Shown one piece after another: positions 1 to 10,826 of a stretch of 64,000 bases of DNA (the stretch's first letter is position 1; every line of letters starts with the position of its first letter). Both the position numbers and the translations under genes were made by a program. The notes under the pieces are model-generated. The model ran no database searches and was not told where the DNA came from. It worked only from the letters and a program-made list of their open reading frames with translations. The stretch spans positions 186,001 through 250,000 of the forward strand of contig JAPMXV010000026.1 of NCBI GenBank assembly GCA_026936335.1, given 5' to 3'. This DNA comes from Mantamonas sphyraenae STR306 (taxonomy: Eukaryota > Protista > CRuMs).

Positions 1-1
1 C

Positions 2-898
2 ACTTCGCTGTTGTTTTCCGTGTTTGAGTCATGGATGGTGTACGAACACAAGAACCGCGGGTTTGCGGGCGAGCTGATCTCCGACACGTTCTCCAAGGCC
101 ATTTGGGGCAACGGCATCGCTGCCATTGTGTCTGGTCTGGTGGCTTCGTTTGCCGTGGATTCGTTTGGTGTGGTGGCACCCTTTATGCTCTCGTTTGCCA
201 CACTGTGTGTGAGCACTCTGCTGGTGAGCAGCACCTGGACAGAGAACTACGGCGACAGCAGCATTGACGTGGCCACCACCTTTTCCAACGCCTGGAAGAG
301 TGTCCGTGCCAACCCACAGGTGATGCTGCTGGGCTGGATCCAGTCCCTCTTTGAGGCTTCCATGTACATCTTTGTGTTTATGTGGAGCCCTGCGCTGGAC
401 GACGGCAGCGGCACCGTACCCTACGGCCTCATCTTTGCCTGTTTCATGGTCGCCATCATGATTGGCTCCTCCATCTTCTCCCATCTCGTGGCCACCTACG
501 CCGTGGCAGACGTGGTCGAGTACAACCTGGGCGTGGCCAGTGTTGCCCTCGTCGGCTGTGCCATCAGCAGCAGCCCCGTCCTCCTCATGTTCTTCTTTGT
601 CCTCTTTGAGCTCTGTTGCGGCGTGTACTTCCCCTCCATCGGCACCCTGCGCTCACGCATCATCCCGGAAGAGACTCGCAGCGCCGTCATGAACTTCTTC
701 CGCATCCCACTCAACTTTCTCGTCGTCGCCGCCCTCCTCAAGGTCGGCGACCTGCCCGTGGAGATTGTCTTTGGCTTCTGCAGCGTCTGCATGCTCGTCG
801 CCACCTATCTTATGACCCAAATCAAGCGCCAGGACTCGGACGACCTCGAACGCCTCAACGAAGACAACATCCCTCTCGTGGACACCCGCGAGGATTAG
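2..898 (+). CDS. MFSD5: MFS transporter, molybdate-anion transporter MFSD5/MOT2 family (5'-truncated by window edge)
   Basis: Motifs FSVFESWMV, WTENYGD, QSLFEASMYIFVFMWSP, RSRIIPEETRSAVMNFFRIPLN; multiple hydrophobic helices; TAG at 896-898. Confidence 0.88.
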   Translation, partial: TSLLFSVFESWMVYEHKNRGFAGELISDTFSKAIWGNGIAAIVSGLVASFAVDSFGVVAPFMLSFATLCVSTLLVSSTWTENYGDSSIDVATTFSNAWKSVRANPQVMLLGWIQSLFEASMYIFVFMWSPALDDGSGTVPYGLIFACFMVAIMIGSSIFSHLVATYAVADVVEYNLGVASVALVGCAISSSPVLLMFFFVLFELCCGVYFPSIGTLRSRIIPEETRSAVMNFFRIPLNFLVVAALLKVGDLPVEIVFGFCSVCMLVATYLMTQIKRQDSDDLERLNEDNIPLVDTRED

Positions 899-924
899 TA
901 TGTGTATCTTCTCTCACTCTCTCC

Positions 925-965
925 GAGTGAGTGAGTGAGTGAGTGAGTGTGTGTGTGTGTGTGTG
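925..965. repeat. (GAGT)n/(GT)n microsatellite between convergent genes
   Basis: Direct reading: gagtgagtgagtgagtgagtgagtgtgtgtgtgtgtgtgtg. Confidence 0.9.
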
Positions 966-1025
966 GATGCATCATCAACAGTTCTTCATTCTCCCAACTC
1001 CATTCTTCCTTGTGCACGCATTCCC

Positions 1026-1925
1026 TCAGTCAACCAGCTCGACAGAAACAATGCCCTGAGGCTTGAAAGGATACGGGTGGGTGCCAAACGGGTTCTTGTG
1101 AACCTGGACGCCCAAGGAGACAAGGAGGTGCCACACCGTTTCAATGTCGGAAGGATGACCGTGGACACAGCCATGGGAGTTGGGCATGGGCATGCTGGGG
1201 TTCCAGTTGTCCCATTCACCCGTGTGCATGAGGATGCCGCTTCGGATGACATCCTCGGGTTGGTTGCCCAGCATGACGGCGGCGTTGCCCTCGAGGCCGT
1301 AGGCGAAGCGATTGACCGGGTACGGGCCGTACGACTTGGGATCGGGCTCCGGAGAGTTGAGGTCAAAGGCAGCCAATCCTGTGGGAGTGGCTCCGTTGGG
1401 ACAGTACTGGTTCAGTTGCTGGCCCTGTGCATCGTTCTGGCCGTGGGTGCGCACGGTAAAGGTGTGCAGCAACTTGCCCGAGCCGTCGTACAACGACGCC
1501 GTCGTTTCGATGCTTCGGTTTCGGTGCACGGGGATGTGCACCTTGTACATGGCCCAGTCAGGAATGGTGCCGTTGTCCTTGTATCCGTCCTGCATGTGCA
1601 GGTCAATCAGCGCGTACGCCGTGCTCGGTCCAACGACTCCTGCCGCGTCCGCGTTGATGTTGTGTTCCATCTGGAAGCGACCCACGGCCTCCTTGGTCTC
1701 CTCGTCAAACACTCCTGTGGCGTTGATTCCCTCGCCCGTGCGGCTGCGGCCCAGGAACGTCTGAAGAATCTTCACATCCTTGCCCGACAGCGGCGGCTTT
1801 TGCAGACTCAACGTGCGCGTGAACGGACACGGCATCGAGTCATCCTCCACATCCATTGGCTCTGCAATCACCAGCATGCATACACACAGCGCCACAAGGG
1901 CCACCGTTGCTCGTTGTCTTGTCAT
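1026..1925 (-). CDS. Secreted protein: peptidoglycan-binding domain (PG_binding_1-like) + L,D-transpeptidase/YkuD-like catalytic domain; intronless
   Basis: Signal peptide MTRQRATVALVALCVCMLVIA; PG-binding pattern GKDVKILQTFL...TGVFDEETKEAVGRFQ...GVVGPST; YkuD-like ATPTG...GILMHTG...SHGCVH (His...SHGC catalytic motif). Confidence 0.8.
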   Translation of the reverse strand: MTRQRATVALVALCVCMLVIAEPMDVEDDSMPCPFTRTLSLQKPPLSGKDVKILQTFLGRSRTGEGINATGVFDEETKEAVGRFQMEHNINADAAGVVGPSTAYALIDLHMQDGYKDNGTIPDWAMYKVHIPVHRNRSIETTASLYDGSGKLLHTFTVRTHGQNDAQGQQLNQYCPNGATPTGLAAFDLNSPEPDPKSYGPYPVNRFAYGLEGNAAVMLGNQPEDVIRSGILMHTGEWDNWNPSMPMPNSHGCVHGHPSDIETVWHLLVSLGVQVHKNPFGTHPYPFKPQGIVSVELVD

Positions 1926-2246
1926 GGGGAGCTGCCAAACGAGAAACACACTTGTACTAGAAAACATTGGCGTGAACGGCGCCCTGCACCATTCACATGC
2001 ACGCCTTGCATTCCATCTTCCATAAGCCTGTGGCCAATGTGATTGCGTGAGCTGCTCGTGGGTGGTTCAGTGTGTGCACAGCACACGTGGCGCCCCCTTC
2101 CAGCCAACACAACTGCCTCCACTCCACCTCTCCTGCAGCATCCCAGGCACGTGTTGCCACAGAAGAGAGAAAGAGAGAGAGAGAGCCATTTATCCATTTA
2201 TTTCCCCCCAATCCCTCCTTCGTCGTCACCAAAGCGAGAGCCAAGG

Positions 2247-4663
2247 ATGAGTGCGTCGTCGTCGTCGTCGTCGTCCTCGTTGCGTGCTTCCCACGCCTCC
2301 AACGCCTCGTCGTCGTCAGACACAGCCATGCAACCTGAGAAGCTGCTTGCCATCCGAGAGGCTGTCAACGAGCATCTTCACACAGAGAGTAGGTTCCTGA
2401 AACGCGAGCGAGGGAGGGGTGCCAAAGACGAGGAAGCGGCAACGGCGTGCGCGCCTGCGAATCCCGCACGGCCAAGGACGCTTACACCGACACACGTGTG
2501 CACACAGAAATCCACAAACTGATCAAGAAACACATCAGAGAGTACATCGACCACGAAGAGGACCTGGAACATCTGAGCCAGGCACAGGTAGGCGACACAC
2601 GGATTTTTCGGCCTTTTTGGCGCCAAAACGGCGCACTGACAACAGCCCGCTTCACACAGATCCTGCAACGACTGCGGGAGAATGGCACCATTGAGGAAAT
2701 CATGCGTACAATGGCCACACAGCCACAGACAGAGTTTGAAGATGTGGTGGACATGGATGAGGCAGAGCAGCAGCATGGCACCAGCAGCAGCGAGAAAGTG
2801 GCGTTTCGTAGCCCGAACGCCAAGGCCTCGTCATCATCGTCGTCGTCATCGTCGTCGTCATCCAGTTCGTCCAAGGCTGAGCAACACAGCCACAATGACA
2901 TCTTGTCCATCAACACACGTCCCTACCACATGCCAGTGCAGCAAGCGCTCCTGAAAACCAAGCGGTATCTCCATCTGCGCTTCCACGGCGGCAAGGCATT
3001 CTTTGAACATCTGACGACGTCATCAACATCATCGTCGTCGTCGTCGTCATCCTCCTCCTCATCCACTTCCTCATCCTCTGGCCGCCGCCTGTCTGACACG
3101 GGAGCGGTGATGATGATGTCGTTGTGTTTCCTGAACCAGGTGCTGCACAGCAAAGCGGTGGCGTGTCAGTCGGAGCCTGCGTTTGACGACGTGTTTATTT
3201 TTGACATGCAGCCGGACAACAGCACCCAAGTGCTGTCTGTGGACGAGTTGCTGCTCATTGACGAGCCCGTGCATGTGGTGCTGACCAAAAAGAGCGGCGA
3301 CAACGTGACGAGCATGGTGGGCTCTGCCAAGCTGCAGTGGCGGGACCTGCTGACCAAGAACAAGCACCGCACCTCGGTGGAGGTGAACGGGGTGGGTGCG
3401 CAGTCCAAACTGCCCGTGGGCATCGTCAGCGTGACGATGAACATCCTGCCGCCGCTGAAGAACAAACTGCGTGCGGTGGATCTGGAGAAGCAACGCAAGC
3501 AGGATCGTCTGCGTGCCACAGAGACCGACCGTGCGTTTTTCATCTACGCACGCAACTGGTGGACCGAGTTTCTGGAAATGCGGGAGGAACACAACGAACG
3601 GCTGATCAAGATCTTTGCACAAACCGAAACCAACGAAAACCGGCCGGTGAGTACGTTTGTGCGCCCCATGCAGGGCGGTCGCCTCTTGGAGACGCCCAGG
3701 CACGCTGCTCGCATGGTTGCCCTGCTTGGGTATGAGCAAGACAATGCATTGGGTGGCAGCCGTTCGGAAATCTGGCAAAGCACACACGCATTCCTGGCGA
3801 GCGGACGTGGCGACGTGGAAGACCACGCAGTGTTGCTGTGTTCCCTGCTGCTGGGCTTTGGGCTGGAGGCGTACGTGTGCATCGGAAGCGATGACCGGTC
3901 GGACCACGTGTGGGTGATGACGCGGGACGAGACCGGCGACGGGGTGCTGTTCTGGGAGTCGTTGACTGGCATGCAGTACGAGCACGTGGATCCCGAGGAG
4001 TTGCTTGTGCACGGGCGTGTGGATGCCAAGAGGGCGGCCAAGGCCATCAAGCACAGGTACCAGACCATCGGGTGTGTGTTCAACCACGAACGCTTCTTTG
4101 CCAACGTGCAGCGCGACGACGCCGTGGCCGTGTGCCACTTTGACCTGGAGAACAGCAACCATTGGAAGAGTATGGATGAGAGCATGTTGAGTGGCCTGCA
4201 CCGGCGCCGGTACGCGGTGCCACTGTCGCCACCTCTGGGCAACGCCGTGGCCCTGGAGGGACGTATCGAGGAGGAGTTGCAGGCCCTGATTGCCGAACAC
4301 AGGGACATGATCAACGTGAGCACAAAGTGGGACAGCAACCTGTCCTACCTGCTGTCCCAGGCCCTGTTTAGCTACGAATTGGAGCGTGTCACAGGCGTCT
4401 CTGTGGGCAACGACCTCTTCCAGGCCAGCATCAAACGGGCCGTGCCCGAGGGACACACCTTTAAGGGCTTCCCCATCCAGTTCAGCCACCAGTCGCCCAA
4501 GCGAATGATGCGTATGTTGCTGCGGGCCCAGGTTGCCCTGGACATTCTGCAGACACGAGGTGAGGACGTGCGCTTTGCCCTGCGTGTCAAGGTGTACCCG
4601 TACGCACACAACGTGTGTGCGGTGTGGTGCATGCTGGCCGTACAGTTTGCACCCGTGGGGTGA
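2247..4663 (+). CDS. CEP76: Centrosomal protein CEP76 (C2 + transglutaminase-like domains); intron 2389-2507
   Basis: N-terminus MQPEKLLAIREAVNEHLHTE|KIHKLI after splicing gtaggt...cacacag; RYLHLRFHGGKAFFEHL, GRGDVEDHAVLLCSLLLGFGLEAYVCIG, FWESLTG, VPEGHTFKGFPIQF, VKVYPYAHNVCAVWCMLA. Confidence 0.93.
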
Positions 4664-4721
4664 ATGGTGATGAGCGTGGAGGAGATCAAACGCCGCAATG
4701 CAGCCAAAACAAAACCACCAC

Positions 4722-4745
4722 CACACACACACACACACACACACA
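4722..4745. repeat. (CA)n microsatellite
   Basis: Direct reading of cacacaca... run. Confidence 0.85.
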
Positions 4746-4802
4746 TCACCGCAGTCGTCGTCGAATTGGAGACCCGGCAGTCCGTCGGTGTCATCGTTTG
4801 GC

Positions 4803-6060
4803 ATGTCGTCGTTTGCATCGCCGTCGAGCGTGGGTTTGCCAGCAGGCGTGGGTGGTAGCGACGACATGAGCAGCTATGTGTCGTCGTACAAACCCGAGCC
4901 GCTGAGTGAGGAGCGCATCAAGGAGCTGAGCGAGTCCATGTTCCAGATCCTGCCCATGGAGGAGAAGAGGGACGTGTTTGCCAGGGTCAACGTCAGCACA
5001 CGCGACGGCCTCACGTACGCAGAGGCCCTGGAGCTGCTCAGCAAGCGCATGACGGAAGAGTACAGCAAGAAGAGCGAGGTGACCAAGTATGTGCAGCAGC
5101 CACTGAGCCAGGAGAAGATCGAGCAGTACGTCTCTCTGTACTTCAGCTCCATTGCCAGCCAAGCACAGCTCACCCTGGGCAAAGTGGGGCCCAACCTCTC
5201 CGAGGGCGAAGCGCTCAAGCACCTGCGTGAAGAGATGGACAGCTGGCGATCCACACAGTAGGTTTGTGGGTGGGATGGAGGGGCGGGGGGACAGGGAGTG
5301 GGCGCACACGTCGAGCGCGAAGCAGAGCGCGCGCAAACGGAAGGATGCGTTAGGACACTCCACTCGCCTACACGGCTGTCCCTCACACACACTCTCTCAC
5401 ACACACTCACACCGCACTCTCTATCTGTGTGCCCTCTCGACACACGCACACAGCGTGTTTGACGTGACCATCACAAACACGGAGAACGGCAAGAGCGTGA
5501 CGGAGCGGCTGAACGGCGAAGACAAGGACTCGTCGCTGTCGTGGATTGACGACCGCATCCCTGAAATCACACCGGGGATCTACCTGCGAGCAGTGGCACT
5601 GGTGGACATGAGCAACCACAAACGCATCCCATTCCACAACCACAAGGTGAGCTGGGAACTGCTGCGGCCAAACGGAGAGTACACAGTGGAGCTGCAAGAC
5701 ACACGCAACAGCATCTACAAGGTGGGCGCACTGAGCCAGGAGCAAAAGAGCTTCATTGCCCTCAAGTGGAAGGAGTTTGAGGACGAGGACCTGGTGGAGG
5801 TGAGCGTGCTGGAAAAGTACCTGGAGGCCTGGCTTACGCGCAAGCTGGACAATGCAGACAAGGTGTTTCGCAACGAGCAGGGCGAATACGACACAAAGAC
5901 CAACGAAGAGGCACACAAACACTTTGTGCAGTCGTTTGAAAACTCGGTCAGCGACAAGCGCAAGTTTCTCAAGGAATGCGACTCGTACGACCGTGGCAAG
6001 CTCAACTACCGCGAGTTCCAACTGTTTTGCTGTTATCTGCGCATTTGGGAGATGGAGTAG
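4803..6060 (+). CDS. Hypothetical protein with N-terminal helical repeat and C-terminal EF-hand-like motif; intron 5258-5453
   Basis: gtaggt...cacacag intron joins ORF 4698-5261 in frame to ORF 5152-6060 (ST-H|VFDVTI); C-terminal FLKECDSYDRGKLNYREF fits an EF-hand loop. Start could be 4803 or 4866. Confidence 0.65.
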
Positions 6061-6259
6061 AGGGTGGTGTTGCAGGAGGAGGCAAGAGGGTGGTGCAAAC
6101 GGGGGAAATCGAGTCATCAACATGATCATGATCATCACCATCTCCACGTTGTGCAGCTGTGCAGCAGCAGGCTTGCATTGTCCACTCACGCACAAACCCA
6201 CCTAACTGGACACACAAGCGCGTGTGTGCTGTTGTTCTTGTGTGGATCATGGTGATGGC

Positions 6260-8117
6260 TTAGTAGGCACGTGCAACATAGCCGTAGTACTTTGCGGGCT
6301 CACCGGTGATGATGCACTTCTCGTCCTCGCCTGGCTGCTCCTCGGTGGGCACCCAACCGCGCACCTCGCCACCGCATGCCTCGTGGATCTTTTCGTCTGC
6401 GTCTGCGCCGTCAAAGCCCATGGAATGGAAGGGCACCTTGGCGAAACCACCCTTGTTCTGGATGACATCCTTGAGAGAGTCCAGATCCGTGACCAGAGTC
6501 TCCTGGCTGTCGGCAAACTGCTTGGCGTTGCTCCTCAGCGTGTCCAGCTGGTTGGCAAACAGGGTCTCGACGCCCGTCTTGAGCTCGTCCAACTTGACCT
6601 GGAACTTGTCCTGCGTGACACGGCACACAAAGCGAGCCTCGCCGGCCTCCATGTCGCGAGGACCAATCTCCATGCGCAGGGGCACACCCTTCATCTCCCA
6701 GTAGTAATACTTCTTGCCGGGCTTCTTGTCGCTGTCGTCGACGGTGACGCGGTAGCCCATGTCCTTGAGCTGCTGGGCAATCTCGTGACAGAAGGGCACG
6801 GCCGTCTTGTCGTCCTTCTTGACCACAGGCACAATGACAATCTGCACCTTGGCCACCTCGGGAGGCAGCACCAGGCCCTTGTTGTCACCATGCAGGCCAA
6901 TCATCGAGGCCAACAGACGCGTGGAGATGCCGTAGCAGGTCATGTAGGCACCCTCCTGCTCGTTGTTCTCGTTGAGAAAGTTGATGTCAAACACCTGTGC
7001 AAACTTCTGGCCCAGGTAGTGGGCTCCCACGCTCTGCAACACCTTGCCGTCGGGCAGCACCACGTCCAGCACGTCCGTGTGCACCGCACCTGCAAATCGA
7101 TCCCAGTCAGGACGACGCAGACGCTTGCCAAAGAAGCCCAGACGGTCCTCAATCAGGTGCAGGTAGCTCTTCCAGGCGTTCTCCAGGTTCTCCAGCGCCT
7201 CCGCCTCGCTCGCGTGGCACGTGTGCGCCTCGTTCCAGTAGATCTCGCGTGCGCGGATCAGAGGACGCGTGTCCTTGGTTTCGTACCGGAAGATGTTGCA
7301 TGTCTGGTGCACCTTGAGGGGCAGGTCTCGGAACGAGCGCACCCACATGCTGAACATGCTGTACATCGCCGTCTCTGACGTCGGACGCAGAGCAAGCTTC
7401 ACGTCCAGCTCGTTCAGGCCTCCCTTGGTGACCCAGAACACCTCCGATTCAAAGCTGTGTGTGCTGCGTGTCAGCCACCGGGCTGCAGCGAGCGCAAGCG
7501 GCAGCGTGTGTGTGCCACAAAGGATTTTGCCACGCGTCCCTCTTTCAGCGCAAAGGGAAAAACGGCCCCAAACCCAAAGAGAGGCGTCACTTACCCCTTG
7601 ACGTGCTCCTCCTCCTTCTCCAGAAACGTGGTGGGGATGAGCATGGGGAACTGGGCCTTGTCGATGTCCTGTGCAGCGTGTGAGGCGTGGAGGTGCACCG
7701 GGTCAGCGGAGGTGCTGTGGAAGCGCATTTTTCGCAGGAATGAGCAACGCGTCGACGCACCTGCTTCTCCCACTCGTCCTCGATGATCTTCATGATCTTG
7801 TCGTGCATGTAGTAGCCGTAGGGCTTGAAGACAGGCATGCCCTTGACCGGGTAGCGCTTGTCGATGATGTCTGCGGTGACGCAGATGCCCTCGTACCAGG
7901 CAGGAAAGTCATCCAGCTTGTCTGCCTCAAACAACACCTCATGTTGACCCTTGTTCTTCTGTGTCTGTGTCTTCTTCTTCTTCTGTTTGCCGGCCTTCTT
8001 GTTCTTCTGCTTCTGGCTCTCGCCGGACGAGTTGCCCTCAGCTTGCTGCTCCTGCTGCTGCTCCTGCTGCTGCTCCTGCTGTTGCTCCTCGTTGGAGGTG
8101 GCTTCCACTTCAGACAT
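6260..8117 (-). CDS. proS: Prolyl-tRNA synthetase (archaeal-like sequence type); introns 7669-7760 and 7455-7594
   Basis: [16 protein letters not shown]...KEEEHVKG|[68 protein letters not shown]-terminal ARAY; both introns GT-AG and frame-restoring. Confidence 0.95.
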
Positions 8118-8178
8118 GCTGTTTCGGTGTTGTGGTGGGTGAACGAGCGCGGAAGGAGTGACGTGCTTTTTATTCTGC

Positions 8179-9077
8179 CTATGATGACGATGATGACGAT
8201 GATGATGAGGTGGAGGATGACTCGGCACTGTCCTTGTTTGTGTTGATTCTGTGGGACAATGCAGCACGAGCAGCTGCGTCCAGGTCGTCCACAGAAGCCA
8301 TGGCACCGATGCCTAGGTCGCCGCAAGCCAGCAGCTTGGAAACTGGTGGGATGATGGTGATGCCCATGTCTTTCAGGGTTTGTTCGTGCTTGCTTGTCAT
8401 CGGGTGCTTGTACATGAGAGTGTTCATCGCCGGAGCCACGAGGAAGGGGTTGTCAAAGTCCCACGCTCGAGCCACACACGTCTGTGGGAGAGTTGGAAGG
8501 GGGTAAGAAGGTGCAGGACAGGGTCACATGGAGGCAACGTGTACATACGAGAAGGTTGTCACACAAGCCAGCGTTCAGCTTGGCCAGGGTGTTTGCAGAG
8601 AGCGGGGCGATGAGAAAGAGATCAGCCCACTTTCGAAGCTGCGGGCCAGTGTGAGTGATGGCAAGGATACGACAGTGTCCGTGTACCTCATACTGACATA
8701 TACACAAACACACACACACACAGCACACACACACGTACCTCGATGTGAAGGACGTCGTCGCCTTTGTGTTGCCAAGAAGACCACTCGTCTGCGTCGGTGT
8801 AGGTGGTCCACTGGGTACGAAGGTGTGCATCCTGGCCACGTTCGACAAAGTGGACAGCTCGGTCAGAGGCCACAATGCGCACATTGGCCCATTTGGACAA
8901 GAGGGTGGCGAGTGGGACGAGCTTGATGGCCGCTACGGAGCCCGAAACGCCCAAGAGGACATTGGGGCGTTGCACGTCGTCATTGCCATCATCAACATCA
9001 TCATCATCATCATCCACACGTGCACGTTTTGTGTCAGAGCCTGTGTCGAGGTCAGAGTCTGCGGGTCGCTTGCTCAT
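8179..9077 (-). CDS. PPCDC: Phosphopantothenoylcysteine decarboxylase (CoaC/HAL3 flavoprotein); introns 8639-8738 and 8482-8548
   Basis: VLLGVSGSVAAIK, VLHIE|LRKWADLFLIAPLSANTLAKLNAGLCDNLL|TCVARAWD, APAMNTLMY, KLLACGDLGIGAMA. Confidence 0.95.
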
Positions 9078-9099
9078 GCCAGGCCAAGGGTTTGGTGCG

Positions 9100-10001
9100 A
9101 TGTCGCGGCGACGAGGACGCGCTGGGATCGCTGGCTTGAAGCAGAAGCGGGCAGCAAAGGACAATTACCGGAAAGTGGCAGAGAGTGTGGAAGGGGAAAA
9201 GGTGGAGAATATGCAGGCGCAGCTCAAGGTGTTTCAGGACAATCTGGAGGAATTCGCACGCAAACACAAGCGTGACATCAACCGCAACCCAGAATTCCGC
9301 ATGATGTTTCAACAGATGTGTGCCACGATTGGAGTGGATCCGCTGACGTGTACGTGGGAGGTGTGGGGGGAGGAGGGGGAGGGAGGGAACACAATGGCTC
9401 ACCCCACAGCATCGCACACACACAGCCAGCAAGGGATTCTGGGCACAGGTGTTGGGCGTAGGTGACTTTTACTACGAATTGGGTGTGCAGATTGTGGAAG
9501 TGTGTCTGTCCAGCCGGCAACGGAATGGGGGCTTGATGCAGCTGACGGAGCTGACGCAGCAGCTGCGAGGAGTGCGAGGCAGCAGCGCACAGGTCATTTC
9601 CACGTAAGTAACAACACAATGGGGGGAAAGGGAGGGGGAGGGGGAGGGGGGCATAGTCACTGACTCGAGGATGGGTGTTTTGCAGAGACGACGTGGAGCG
9701 TGCGATCAAGAAACTGGGTGTCTTGGGGGAGGGGTTTGGGGTGTTGGACGTAGGTGGGGTCAAGTATGTGCAGAGTGTGCCATGGGAGTTGAGTTCAGAC
9801 CATACGACGGTGTTGGATGTGGCACAACGGAACAGTGGGATGGTGACGAGTGCCCTGTTGGAGAGCGAACTGGGCTGGAACAGCCATCGTGCACAGGGTG
9901 CCCTGGATAGATTGTTGCAAGAGGGCATGGCCTGGTTGGACAGCCAATGTGAACATGGAGGGGATGCATACTGGGTGGCATCGATGCTGGCTTGGGAATG
10001 A
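9100..10001 (+). CDS. SNF8: ESCRT-II subunit SNF8/VPS22; introns 9350-9425 and 9604-9685
   Basis: MSRRRGRAGIAGL, FQDNLEEFARKHKRDINRNPEFRMMFQQMCATIGVDPLT|SSKGFWAQVLGVGDFYYELGVQIVE, YVQSVPWELSSDH. Confidence 0.95.
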
Positions 10002-10018
10002 AAAACGGCCGGGCCGGT

Positions 10019-10696
10019 TCATTTTGCCAGGTCGTTGAGCACCGTCTTGCGGATGTGTTTGGACATGCTTTGGTTGTGGAAACACAGTCTTCCGTCGGGA
10101 AGCATGCTATTGATGAGCAGAAGGGCGTCCTCGGGTCGCGAGGCGACGTCCCACTGCGACTTTTTGTACTGCTCGCCGAGCTGTGCCACGAGCGAGTGGA
10201 GCGTGTACGCAGCCAGCTGTCTGTTCTCGTCCTCCACACACACCAGCACGTAGATGAGTTGTTTGTGGACCAGCCACACTGCATACGTGTCGTTGGCAAG
10301 CTGCACCACACCCTCCAGGGCCTGTTTGCCGCTTCCGCTGCTGGCGTAGCTGAGCATTCCAGACGACGACGCCGACGATCCCGATGCACCTGACGACGAC
10401 GAAGCAGATGAGGAGGAGGAAGAGGAGGACGATGAGCCGTGGGCCACGCCGCCGTCCGACGAGCCTGCAGATTCATCGTGCAATAGGTTAAAGTTCTGAA
10501 GGAGTTGCTTGTGGGAGGCTCGGGCCTGGCTGGCAAGGGAGGCATCCTTCACCACCTGTTGGCAGACACTCTGCAGGGCATCCTTGCCCTGGAGCTCCTC
10601 ACCCTCTTCAACAGCCCCAAAGCTGGTGGAGAGCACAATGAGGCTGGATTCATCTGCGTTTTCCTCGGCACTGCAGATTGCCAGCGACTGGACCAT
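10019..10696 (-). CDS. AP5S1: AP-5 adaptor complex sigma subunit-like
   Basis: MVQSLAIC..., AVWLVHKQLIYVLVCVEDENRQLAAYTL, RPEDALLLINSMLPDGRLCFHN resemble the AP5S1 pattern (VW...F.LV....EN..LA...L; LP.GQLLF.N); ~225 aa, intronless. Confidence 0.78.
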   Translation of the reverse strand: MVQSLAICSAEENADESSLIVLSTSFGAVEEGEELQGKDALQSVCQQVVKDASLASQARASHKQLLQNFNLLHDESAGSSDGGVAHGSSSSSSSSSSASSSSGASGSSASSSGMLSYASSGSGKQALEGVVQLANDTYAVWLVHKQLIYVLVCVEDENRQLAAYTLHSLVAQLGEQYKKSQWDVASRPEDALLLINSMLPDGRLCFHNQSMSKHIRKTVLNDLAK

Positions 10697-10826
10697 CGGA
10701 TGCGCTGGGTGAGAGGGCGCATTGGAAAAGCAGAGGGTGGAAAGGCGATGGAATTGAGTTTGGATGGCCGAGGGTGATGTTCGGTGATGTCCGGGCATGC
10801 GTGGGACGACCCAGTCGAACAGGGCA

